A stretch of 16,187 nt of DNA from Candidatus Nanohalobium sp. (GTDB lineage Archaea > Nanohalarchaeota > Nanosalinia > Nanosalinales > Nanosalinaceae): contig JBDGSL010000019.1 in NCBI GenBank assembly GCA_042217555.1, positions 1-16,187 on the forward strand, in the 5' to 3' direction. A program made the position numbers and the translations under genes. Every line of letters begins with the position of its first letter. Positions within the stretch are counted from its first letter, which is position 1. Below are positions 1 through 7,338 of the stretch, piece by piece. A model generated the notes under the pieces. That model saw nothing but the letters and a program-made list of their open reading frames with translations. It was not told where the DNA came from and searched no databases.

Positions 1-26
1 TAACCTCTTTACCTTCATCACCAACT

Positions 27-53
27 GCCGGTTCAAAAGTCCGGGTCCTGCCA
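27..53 (+). other. tRNA-3'-end-like segment (degenerate T-arm plus acceptor strand), possibly a tRNA remnant or att site
   Basis: GCCGG-TTCAAAAGT-CCGGG-TCCTGCC-A followed by a T6 run (57-62). The loop is 9 nt rather than 7, one stem pair mismatches, and no 5' half is visible in the window. Confidence 0.25.
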
Positions 54-81
54 ACGTTTTTTAAGCGATGACGCTGCTCAA

Positions 82-100
82 GAAAACTCGTAGGGTTTTC
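82..100. repeat. Short palindromic (REP-like) hairpin GAAAACTC-GTA-GGGTTTTC
   Basis: 8-bp stem with one G-T pair and a 3-nt loop. Same GAAA...TTTC style as the hairpins at 15190-15211 and 15222-15238. Confidence 0.45.
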
Positions 101-185
101 GGCCTGTCAATTATATTCTGTGCTGACTTTGTTCTGGATTTGAAGGTGTAGAAAGAGAGAGTGGAAGTTGAAGGGAGGGGTTGGG

Positions 186-1790
186 TTACTGGTTGACTGT
201 TTTCAGTGTTTCGACGGTTTTCTGTGTTCCGAGTGATGTGATGAGTCTGGAGAGTCTTGGCCCGTTTTCTCTGTTCAGGAGGATTTTGTACATTGTCTGG
301 AAGAATTCTCCGGTGTCAAGTCCTGTTTCTTCTTTTACGTCGAATATCTTGCCGTCGAGTTCGTCCTGGTTGTTCCATGTGTCTTTTTCCAGCATCTCTG
401 CCAGTGAGGTAGCGGCTTCTTTTTCTTTCTCTGTCAGGTTTTCTCTTAGGTTGTCAGGTACTTCGGTGTTGATGCTGTAGACGTATTCTTCCGGTGCGTA
501 TTCCTGGGCCCAGTTCCTGGCTCTTTTCAACCTGTTCAGTGTTCTTTCCCTGTCTTCTTCGGATAGTTCTTCGGGCAGGTGTCCTGTTCTTCTCAGTGAT
601 TCGAATCCTTTAGTCTTCCATCTTTCCCGGGGTACTGTCTGTGCTACGAATGCTGCCTGTTTGAAAGGTACTCTTACCGGTTCTTCTTCCGGTATATCTG
701 CCATTGCCATTTCGTAGACTCTCTGCCTGTGTTTTCTTTCCCTTTCGTTGTCAAGCTCTCCCGGGTTGAAGTACTGGTGTTCTATCTCATCGAATTTTTC
801 GTACCGCTGGAAGATCTCCTCATCCTCAAACGGTATCTCAAATGCCTTGTTTGGCTTCGTGTTTGAGAAGAGGAAACGGATCATCTCAGGGCTGTAGACC
901 TTCTTCAGCTCGGAGATCGTGAATACGTCCTTGCCGCTGCTCGATGAGATCTTTCCACCGTCTTTCGTAACGAACTCGTACATCTGGTGTACCGGCGGCT
1001 CTTTATCGTATATCTCTTCAGCAAGCTCGTTTCCTGTGTCCCGGGAACCTCCTGACGCGCTGTGCTCCTTCCCTGCCGGTTCGAAGTCGACACCTTCGTA
1101 CTTCCAGCGCATCGGCCAGTCAATCCTCCACGGCGGTTTCACGTTACCTTCCTCTCTGAAGTTCAGCTCCTTCTCCTCCATGCATTCCTCACAGTGGTAC
1201 TCAACGGTGTATTCTCCGTCGTAACCGGTAACCTCGGTGAAGTCCTTACCGCACTCTGTGCAGTAGACTCTGAGAGGGTAGTAGGGTTCTTCCAGAGGCT
1301 CCTTTCTGTACCTGTCAAGTATCTGTTTAACTTTCCCTCTTCTGTTCATAGCCTTCTTTATCAGGTCAGCGTACTCTGCCTTCTCAAACATCTCGGACTG
1401 TCTGATAAACTCGATGTCCATGTGCATACCTTCAAGCTCTTCCTCCAAACGTGACTCGAAGTGGTCAGCGTAGCTGTCATGGCATCCTTCCGGGTCAGGA
1501 ACCTCGCTCAGAGGGAGGCCGATATACTTCTCAAACTCGTCCGGAACGTTCGCCGGGACCTTCCTGAAACGGTCGTAGTCATCCCAGGAGTAGATAAACC
1601 GTGTGTCCTCCCCTCTCTCTTCCAGAGCCTTCACCACGAAATCAGTTGTGATTATCTCCCTGAAGTTACCGGCGTGTACCAGGCCAGAGGGAGAGATACC
1701 GGAGGCACAGACATACGTTTCCTGATCCGGAAACTTTCTGGTCACTCCAAAGGCAAGCTGATCCGCCCAGAACAACGGCTGTTCCGTCAT
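186..1790 (-). CDS. lysS: Lysine--tRNA ligase, class I (archaeal type)
   Basis: 534 aa. N-terminal FWAD, SGISPSGLVHAGNFRE (HIGH-like), YSWDDYD, CTEC/CEEC Zn motifs, WRIDWPMRW, EPAGKEH, KISSS (KMSKS-like), C-terminal GPRL. Confidence 0.97.
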   Translation of the reverse strand: MTEQPLFWADQLAFGVTRKFPDQETYVCASGISPSGLVHAGNFREIITTDFVVKALEERGEDTRFIYSWDDYDRFRKVPANVPDEFEKYIGLPLSEVPDPEGCHDSYADHFESRLEEELEGMHMDIEFIRQSEMFEKAEYADLIKKAMNRRGKVKQILDRYRKEPLEEPYYPLRVYCTECGKDFTEVTGYDGEYTVEYHCEECMEEKELNFREEGNVKPPWRIDWPMRWKYEGVDFEPAGKEHSASGGSRDTGNELAEEIYDKEPPVHQMYEFVTKDGGKISSSSGKDVFTISELKKVYSPEMIRFLFSNTKPNKAFEIPFEDEEIFQRYEKFDEIEHQYFNPGELDNERERKHRQRVYEMAMADIPEEEPVRVPFKQAAFVAQTVPRERWKTKGFESLRRTGHLPEELSEEDRERTLNRLKRARNWAQEYAPEEYVYSINTEVPDNLRENLTEKEKEAATSLAEMLEKDTWNNQDELDGKIFDVKEETGLDTGEFFQTMYKILLNRENGPRLSRLITSLGTQKTVETLKTVNQ

Positions 1791-1915
1791 ACCGTTTCAC
1801 TTTCAAAAACGTGGTAAAGGTTTTCAACCGGAAGACCTGTTTTTCCCTGTGAGAACTGTTTCATACCTGTCATTTTTCAACTCGATCTTTTTATATAGAA
1901 GCAGGTAACCGGTGA

Positions 1916-1933
1916 GAAAACATGGTTTTTTAA
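1916..1933 (+). promoter_or_regulatory. BRE/TATA promoter of the M50 protease gene
   Basis: GAAAA (1916-1920) and TTTTAA (1928-1933) lie 24-29 nt upstream of ATG 1957, the spacing expected for a leaderless transcript. Confidence 0.5.
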
Positions 1934-1956
1934 CTTGGGTTGCAGGGTTCTTTATT

Positions 1957-3156
1957 ATGGATGCCTCAGGTCTGAGAATGGTTTTTCTACTTGCTGCACT
2001 CGGCGTCTTCACCTTCCTGATGTGGAAAGACAGGGAGAACGTTGAGAGAGCAGGCATACTTTTCTACAGAAGAACTGAAAACGGTATAGAACTTATAGAC
2101 AGGATTGCCAACCGGTTCCCCCGTTTCTGGAAGATGTACTCATGGACCGGCGTTGCCGCAGCAGTCGTATCTATCGTAGCAATCACCTACTTCATAGGTA
2201 AAAGCGTTCTGAACGTTGTATTAACAGGTCAGCCAAGCTCCAGTTTCGGGGTTGTGGCTCCGGGCACAGGTAGCTCGGTGTCAGCTCAGCCCGGTGTAAC
2301 GTTCATACCGGCAGAGTACTGGCTGATAAGCATCGCAGTCCTGATGGCCGTCCACGAACTGAGCCACGGAATAGTAGCAAGACTGGAGGAGTTCGAGATC
2401 AACTCTGTCGGGTTGATACTTCTCGGCGTTATCCCGGGAGCCTTCGTCGAACCGAAGGGAGAGAACATGCTTCCCGGAGAAAAAGAAGAAGATGAAGATG
2501 GGGATGGAAGTCATCACGGTGCATGGCATCAGGGCAACTGGCTTTCACGGGTGAAAGTCCTGAGCGCAGGCAGCTTCGCGAACTACGTGACGGCCGCAGT
2601 CTTCCTCCTTGCCGCTGCAGGAGCATCCAGCCAGCTTGTATACGCTGACGGACTGAACTACCAGACACAGGAAGGATTCCCTGCGGCAGAAGCAGGCATG
2701 CAGAACGGGACACTGACCGCTATAAACAGTACAGAGATAGAAGGAGTGAAGTCGCTGCAGAAAGCCACTGAAACCCTTCAACCCGGTGAAAAAGTCAGGC
2801 TTGTGACATCAGAAGGCAATTTCACAGTCACCACGACCGAAAAGGAAGGTTTTGAAGGAGGCTACATAGGACTGAAGTTTACCGGAGTAAAGACAGGCTA
2901 CACCGACGTGGTTCAGGGCTACGAAGGAGTAGTGGACTGGTTCCTCGAAATGCTGAGAATGGTTGGCCTTCTCAACCTGGGAATAGGCCTGTTCAACATG
3001 CTTCCTGCCAAACCACTGGATGGAGGCCACATACTTGACGCAGTCGTGGAACGGTTCGCAGGCGAGAAGTACTGCCGGTACGTCAACATCTGGTCAGGGT
3101 TCGTGATACTCGTACTGGTGTCAGTCCTGGCCTACAGCATCATCGGGCCTTTCTAA
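1957..3156 (+). CDS. Site-2 protease family (M50) intramembrane zinc metalloprotease with a PDZ-like insert
   Basis: HELSH (HExxH), GAFVEP, AGSFAN and NMLPAKPLDGGH motifs; several TM helices; GFPAAEAGM..G..L..IN PDZ-like segment. Start moved from GTG 1912 to ATG 1957 on TATA spacing. Confidence 0.93.
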   Translation: MDASGLRMVFLLAALGVFTFLMWKDRENVERAGILFYRRTENGIELIDRIANRFPRFWKMYSWTGVAAAVVSIVAITYFIGKSVLNVVLTGQPSSSFGVVAPGTGSSVSAQPGVTFIPAEYWLISIAVLMAVHELSHGIVARLEEFEINSVGLILLGVIPGAFVEPKGENMLPGEKEEDEDGDGSHHGAWHQGNWLSRVKVLSAGSFANYVTAAVFLLAAAGASSQLVYADGLNYQTQEGFPAAEAGMQNGTLTAINSTEIEGVKSLQKATETLQPGEKVRLVTSEGNFTVTTTEKEGFEGGYIGLKFTGVKTGYTDVVQGYEGVVDWFLEMLRMVGLLNLGIGLFNMLPAKPLDGGHILDAVVERFAGEKYCRYVNIWSGFVILVLVSVLAYSIIGPF

Positions 3157-3196
3157 CCTGTTCTTTTCTTAACTTTACACACTCATAGGGAAAAAC

Positions 3197-3508
3197 ATGA
3201 CAACCACACATACAGTAAAGATAGTAGACAGGGACGAAGAAGTCCAGGCAGAAGACGGACAGGACATACTCAACGCCCTTCTTGAAGGAGGAGTAGAGTG
3301 GATGCACGCATGCGGAGGGTTCTGCAACTGCACCACCTGTCGCGTGAAGATAGAGGAGGGAACAGACAACGTCTCTGAGATGCAGGAAGACGAAAAAAAC
3401 ACGTTAAGACGTTTCCAGGGAGATGAAGTCCTGGAAGGACCTTTCAGACTGGGATGCCAGGCCAAGATCTACGGCGACATAGAGATATCAGAACCGGACT
3501 GGTACTGA
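3197..3508 (+). CDS. [2Fe-2S] ferredoxin, adrenodoxin/ISC type
   Basis: 103 aa, acidic. HACGGFCNCTTC (C-x5-C-x2-C) plus RLGCQ. Confidence 0.9.
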   Translation: MTTTHTVKIVDRDEEVQAEDGQDILNALLEGGVEWMHACGGFCNCTTCRVKIEEGTDNVSEMQEDEKNTLRRFQGDEVLEGPFRLGCQAKIYGDIEISEPDWY

Positions 3509-3514
3509 AAAAAG

Positions 3515-3619
3515 ATGAAAACAGAGTGCTGGAACTGCGGAGCACAGATGGAAGAGTACGTCGCATGCGAGCTTATATGCAGGAACTGCGGCCTTATCAG
3601 AGACTGTTCAGATCCCTAG
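3515..3619 (+). CDS. 34-aa zinc-finger microprotein (HVO_2523-like)
   Basis: Hand translation MKTECWNCGAQMEEYVACELICRNCGLIRDCSDP*: two CxxCG motifs plus DCSD. Starts 6 nt after the ferredoxin stop. Not in the ORF track. Confidence 0.75.
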   Translation: MKTECWNCGAQMEEYVACELICRNCGLIRDCSDP

Positions 3620-3707
3620 ACCTCTCCACTCTCTCATCCGCATGCAGGTTACACAGAGCAAACATAGTCGGCCGCTCACACTCCTTCTTCACACATTTAC
3701 TGAACAT
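3597..3707 (-). CDS. 36-aa putative C3H zinc-binding microprotein
   Basis: Hand translation MFSKCVKKECERPTMFALCNLHADERVERSRDLNSL*: C-x4-C-x8-C-x2-H. GGAG lies about 9-13 nt upstream. Converges on and overlaps the preceding gene by 23 nt. Confidence 0.5.
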   Translation of the reverse strand: MFSKCVKKECERPTMFALCNLHADERVERSRDLNSL

Positions 3708-3861
3708 AGAATCAATCTCCAAACCACTTCCACGGAAAGAAGAGGGAATGTATTTTTAAGTGTTGGTGGTGAATCCTGTGATACGTTGTTTGATAAGCGT
3801 TTCGGAAACAGCAACTGACCGAAACTGTTATAACTTTCGTTATTTTGAGGTGACATTATCT

Positions 3862-4050
3862 ATGGCAAACGCAGAAGTGGAATGTCCTTACTGTGGAGAG
3901 ATCTTCGAAGGCGAGAGCGAAGCTGATGCTCGAACCAAGGAAGGCGTTCACAGAGCTGAAGAGCACGTGAACGACAGTGAATCCACACAGAAGGCTTCTA
4001 AAGGCAGAAACATTATCGACGACTGGAAGACAGAGGGTAAGAGAGCCTGA
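3862..4050 (+). CDS. 62-aa C2H2-type (CPxCG) zinc-finger protein
   Basis: MANAEVECPYCGEIF...HRAEEH. Strong SD GAGGTGA (3847-3853) supports ATG 3862 over the GTG at 3760. Confidence 0.8.
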   Translation: MANAEVECPYCGEIFEGESEADARTKEGVHRAEEHVNDSESTQKASKGRNIIDDWKTEGKRA

Positions 4051-4092
4051 CTTCTTCCACTCTTCCCCCTATTTTACTTAAAAGAAGGTTTC

Positions 4093-4111
4093 CTCCCTGT
4101 CTCCCAGGGAG
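4093..4111. terminator. Hairpin between convergent genes, possible terminator
   Basis: CTCCCTG-TCTCC-CAGGGAG is a perfect 7-bp stem between the Zn-finger gene (+) and tfb (-); T-tract at 4072-4076. Confidence 0.3.
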
Positions 4112-4125
4112 TTTGAACATACTTC

Positions 4126-5046
4126 TTATTCTATCTTGTCCAGCTGTTCCGTCCCCTTCCTGATAGTTACTTCTGTCACACCTGCTATATCGGAGACTGC
4201 TCTCTGAGTTATCTTCTCATCGTTCTCTTTGGCAGCCATGTAGATAGCGGCTGCGGCCACACCATCAGGGCTTCTACCCGAGGTCAGGCCCTGCTCACGT
4301 GCCTTCATGATTATGTTCCTGGCCCTGGCCTGTGTCTCACCGGAAAGATCCAGCTTGGAAGCGTAACGCGGTACAAAGTTCTCGGGACGGATAGTCTGAA
4401 CGTTGACATCCAGCTCCTTAGACACGTACCGGTAGTTCTTCCCCAGTTCCCTCTCAGAGATACCTGCCGCCTCAGCAAACTCCTTCATCGTACGTGGTAT
4501 CCCCTGATTCCTTGCAACGATAAACACAGCCGAAGCCGCAATCTTCTCTATCTTACGGCCCTTAACCACTTCCTCATCTATAGACTTCTCATACATCCTG
4601 GCCGCCTCCTCCTCTACAGACTCAGGCAGATTCAACTGGTTGACAATATCGTTGATAAGCCTCAACGCAGTCTTCATGTTCCTGGACTTCGAATCAGAAC
4701 TACGAGAATGCCACTTCCTCAACCTGTAATACTGACCTCTCTTCTCCCCAGACATGCCCTGCATACTACCAGAACCTATCTCAGTCGATATACCCTTGTC
4801 ATGTCGCGTATACGTAATGCTGCTTCCCGACCGCTTCTTATCCTTCCTGTCCTCAGCAGAGAACGTACGTGGACCGGACGAATCCAGCTTGTCCTCATCC
4901 ACCACAACTCCACAGTCCCGGCAGTAAACCTCACCGGCAGCACTATCCCTATCAAAATCAGTCGAGCCACAGTTAGGACACTCAGTCGGCTTCGAATCTT
5001 CCTCCGCGGTTTCAACAACTTCAGTCATAGATTGTTCACACATCAT
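4126..5046 (-). CDS. tfb: Transcription initiation factor IIB (TFB), divergent
   Basis: Zn ribbon CPNCG...CRDCG, HDKGISTEIG, RLRKWH, two cyclin repeats (KGRK / SGRSP), ITQRAVSDIAGVTEVTIR. True start may be ATG 5028, given the TATA TTTAAA at 5064-5069. Confidence 0.95.
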   Translation of the reverse strand: MMCEQSMTEVVETAEEDSKPTECPNCGSTDFDRDSAAGEVYCRDCGVVVDEDKLDSSGPRTFSAEDRKDKKRSGSSITYTRHDKGISTEIGSGSMQGMSGEKRGQYYRLRKWHSRSSDSKSRNMKTALRLINDIVNQLNLPESVEEEAARMYEKSIDEEVVKGRKIEKIAASAVFIVARNQGIPRTMKEFAEAAGISERELGKNYRYVSKELDVNVQTIRPENFVPRYASKLDLSGETQARARNIIMKAREQGLTSGRSPDGVAAAAIYMAAKENDEKITQRAVSDIAGVTEVTIRKGTEQLDKIE

Positions 5047-5063
5047 TAACAGTCATTAAAGTA

Positions 5064-5104
5064 TTTAAATCTTTCCCTATTTACAGGTATGAAATGTTTT
5101 AAAA
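5064..5104. promoter_or_regulatory. Back-to-back TATA promoters for tfb (-) and the 5130 gene (+)
   Basis: TTTAAA at 5064-5069 preceded on the minus strand by GGAAAGA. GAAA followed by TTTTAAAA (5097-5104) lies 26-33 nt before ATG 5130. Confidence 0.55.
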
Positions 5105-5129
5105 CAACAGGGAAAACTCAATCTTTTCA

Positions 5130-5495
5130 ATGGAAAACTACATCGAGAAGATAGCAGAAACAAAGAAGTTCAACTCCCTGAAACAGCAGGCTGAAAGACA
5201 CCTTGAAGAGCCAACACAGGGAAAAGTCGAAGAAATAAACGGTGTAAAAATTTTCTACCAGAGCAAAGGAACGGAAAACGGTACAAAAGCATTCGTCTAC
5301 GGCGTAATAGAAGAAGACCACAGTTTCTACAGCGAAGAACCCGTCCTGAGAGAACCGAGCAGAAACGACCTGAACAGGGTCAGACACCAGCTCTACCATA
5401 CATACGGTGTACCCAGCGTGGAACTGGAAAAAGCCGACTACAGTGAAACAGAAACATCAGAGATGGGAGAAAACACATATTTGAAGATTGACTAG
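5130..5495 (+). CDS. Hypothetical protein (121 aa)
   Basis: Clean ORF with Glu-rich composition, own TATA, 11 nt upstream of the histone-fold gene. No family recognised. Confidence 0.7.
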   Translation: MENYIEKIAETKKFNSLKQQAERHLEEPTQGKVEEINGVKIFYQSKGTENGTKAFVYGVIEEDHSFYSEEPVLREPSRNDLNRVRHQLYHTYGVPSVELEKADYSETETSEMGENTYLKID

Positions 5496-5506
5496 ACCAG
5501 TTACCT

Positions 5507-5869
5507 ATGGACCTGGAGAAGCTTGTACCCGACGACTACGGAAAACTGGAAAACTCAGATCTTGCACTTTCAGAAGGACGTATCCGGAGACTGTTCCGAG
5601 AAAACATGGACGAAGACCAGACACTGGACGGCGACGTACCACACGTAGTAAACTGCGTTCTCTCCGGCCTCCTCGACGAAATAATAGACGAAACACTGGA
5701 CGAAGCCGAGTACATGGCAAAAGTGAAAGAATCACACCTCAGAGCCGCCCTGAGAGACGTAGAAATAGAAGAAGAAATGAACGCCCGGACAGAAGCATTT
5801 ATAGAACAGCTCCGTCAAATATCCAGCCAGATGGAGAAAACAGCCGAAAAACTGGAAGAACAAAACTGA
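5507..5869 (+). CDS. Acidic histone-fold protein with a C-terminal helical/coiled-coil extension
   Basis: LSEGRIRRLFR...LDGDVPHVVNCVLSGLLDEII...VKESHLRAALRD aligns by eye to the H2A/NF-YC histone fold. Followed by about 35 aa of amphipathic helix. Confidence 0.7.
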   Translation: MDLEKLVPDDYGKLENSDLALSEGRIRRLFRENMDEDQTLDGDVPHVVNCVLSGLLDEIIDETLDEAEYMAKVKESHLRAALRDVEIEEEMNARTEAFIEQLRQISSQMEKTAEKLEEQN

Positions 5870-5921
5870 GAGAAAAACCTTTTTATGCCAGCAACAGGTT
5901 AAAAAACACAGGTGAAAAACA

Positions 5922-6161
5922 ATGAGCGACACCAACTACCTTGACTGGACCTCACTCGTCCTGGTAATAGTAGGAGCAGTTAACTGGGGTCTTGTAGGCC
6001 TCGGAAGCATCTCAGGACAGGGAGAAAACGCCTTCAACCTGGTTAACCTTCTGCTCGGAGGACTAATGGGAGGCCAGATAGAAGCACTGGTATACCTACT
6101 GGTAGGACTCTCAGGACTCTACCAGGTCTACTTCGGCTACCAGCTCTACGAAGAACAGTAA
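5922..6161 (+). CDS. DUF378 family small membrane protein
   Basis: LVIVGAVNWGLVGL...FNLV...VYLLVGLSGLY signature; SD AGGTGA upstream. Confidence 0.88.
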   Translation: MSDTNYLDWTSLVLVIVGAVNWGLVGLGSISGQGENAFNLVNLLLGGLMGGQIEALVYLLVGLSGLYQVYFGYQLYEEQ

Positions 6162-6175
6162 AAAAACCTCTCTTT

Positions 6176-6337
6176 TTAACCCTCTCTTTCTTCTTCCACC
6201 ATCTCAAACATGTCACCTATGTTCTCCTGCATCACAGTTAACTGCCGTGTCAACCTCCACCTCATGTAAACAACAAAAACCCCGACACCCAGCAAAAAAC
6301 CGGCAAACAAACCAGCAACAAAACTCAACAACTTCAT
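6176..6337 (-). CDS. Small single-pass membrane protein (53 aa; 57 aa if started at 6349)
   Basis: Hand translation MKLLSFVAGLFAGFLLGVGVFVVYMRWRLTRQLTVMQENIGDMFEMVEEEREG*: TM helix, basic stop-transfer, acidic helix. Not in the ORF track. Confidence 0.65.
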   Translation of the reverse strand: MKLLSFVAGLFAGFLLGVGVFVVYMRWRLTRQLTVMQENIGDMFEMVEEEREG

Positions 6338-6364
6338 ACCAAAAAACATACAAACCGGAAAAAA

Positions 6365-6766
6365 TTAAACCCTCCGGTAAAAACCCTCCAGAAAACCTTC
6401 AACCCCCTCACCGTAGAACAGATGAGAACCACAACCACAGTCCGAACAACCAAAACCCGGAACACCTTCAAACCTCCCACCCATAACCCTACTCAGAGAA
6501 CACTCAAGATCACAGCCCTCAGCACAGAAAACATCAACAACCTCCACCACATCACTAACCAACAAGTAATCAATATGCCAATGCGGAGAACCACCCTCCA
6601 CAGACAACTCCCTATGCCTATCCACCCTCTTCAAACCACCCGGCCCAAAAGCAGAACCATTGTAAACATACAAACCAGGAGAAAAAACCACCTCCCCCAA
6701 AGCACCCACCTCAACAACCAACTCCTCCAAAACCCTCACAACCAAACTATACGAACCCCTAACCAA
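6365..6766 (-). CDS. DUF123 / Uri-superfamily GIY-YIG endonuclease
   Basis: GSYSL, VGALG, GLYVYNGSAFGPGG..RV.RH, HWHIDYLL, EC.L, PGFGCSDC.C.SHLF. Start placed at TTG 6766 after GGTGGTG; the ORF track extends to 6811. Confidence 0.88.
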   Translation of the reverse strand: MVRGSYSLVVRVLEELVVEVGALGEVVFSPGLYVYNGSAFGPGGLKRVDRHRELSVEGGSPHWHIDYLLVSDVVEVVDVFCAEGCDLECSLSRVMGGRFEGVPGFGCSDCGCGSHLFYGEGVEGFLEGFYRRV

Positions 6767-6847
6767 AAAAACACACCACCAAAACACAAAAAACAAACAA
6801 AAACTTAACAAAAAACCCTTTCCCTCCCCACCAGAAAAAAGAAAATA

Positions 6848-7297
6848 TCAAGAAGTAGGAACACAAGTACCAACTACAGCAGCACCGAAACCAGAGTAAG
6901 TCACACTTGCACTTGTCCCCGTCAAGCTATCGCACTTCACAGGATCATCGCCGTCTACCTTAATCGCCACTTCGCAGTAGGCCTCTACCAAAACATCACC
7001 TGAATTACAGGACACAGACGCAGTACAATCATACCCACACTTATCACTCACCTGATACTTGTTAGTCCAGTTAAGGCCTCCGCCGCCGTTTCCTACTTGG
7101 TTGTCGACGTAGCTTTTGGTTGCTGCGTCCTGTGGATTGGTTGGGTTGGTAAGGTTAGCTATTTTGTTTTGGTTCATGTCGAGGTTTCCGAATAGTTGTG
7201 TGGTGTCTCGGATGTTTACTGTGGATGATGCGGTGAATAGTAGAAGTAGTGCTGATGTTATGATGATGTGGGACTTGTTGACTGGTAGGTGTTTCAT
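6848..7297 (-). CDS. Small secreted or membrane-tethered fibre-like protein with a Cys-rich C-terminal head
   Basis: N-terminal hydrophobic signal, LDMNQNKIANLTNPTNPQDAATKSYVD (tail-fibre/adhesin neck-like motif), GGGG linker, then a roughly 75-aa domain with 6 Cys. Confidence 0.75.
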   Translation of the reverse strand: MKHLPVNKSHIIITSALLLLFTASSTVNIRDTTQLFGNLDMNQNKIANLTNPTNPQDAATKSYVDNQVGNGGGGLNWTNKYQVSDKCGYDCTASVSCNSGDVLVEAYCEVAIKVDGDDPVKCDSLTGTSASVTYSGFGAAVVGTCVPTS

Positions 7298-7320
7298 GTA
7301 GTGTTTTTTACGTGAACCGG

Positions 7321-7328
7321 TTTATATA
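7321..7328 (-). promoter_or_regulatory. TATA box of the 149-aa gene
   Basis: TATATAAA on the minus strand, 24-31 nt upstream of ATG 7297. Confidence 0.55.
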
Positions 7329-7338
7329 GGGATGGGGT

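Noticed and set aside
1791..1911. Short repeats (ACCTGT, TTTCAA) and an extra TTTTTATATA box in the lysS/M50 intergenic region
   Set aside because: Too short and irregular for an array or origin. The box may be a lysS promoter but cannot be assigned.
3454..3861. ORF 3454-3759 and the N-terminal extension of ORF 3760-4050
   Set aside because: Better explained by the two microproteins and the SD-supported ATG at 3862.
5488..5925. 145-aa Arg-rich ORF that looks protamine-like
   Set aside because: Frame-shifted reading of the GAA/GAC-rich histone-fold gene, with composition unlike the acidic proteome.
6247..6808. + strand ORFs 6247-6486 and 6422-6808
   Set aside because: Thr/Asn/Gln/Pro/Lys-rich shadows of A+C-rich DNA, which is poor in stop codons. 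The minus strand carries the recognisable genes.
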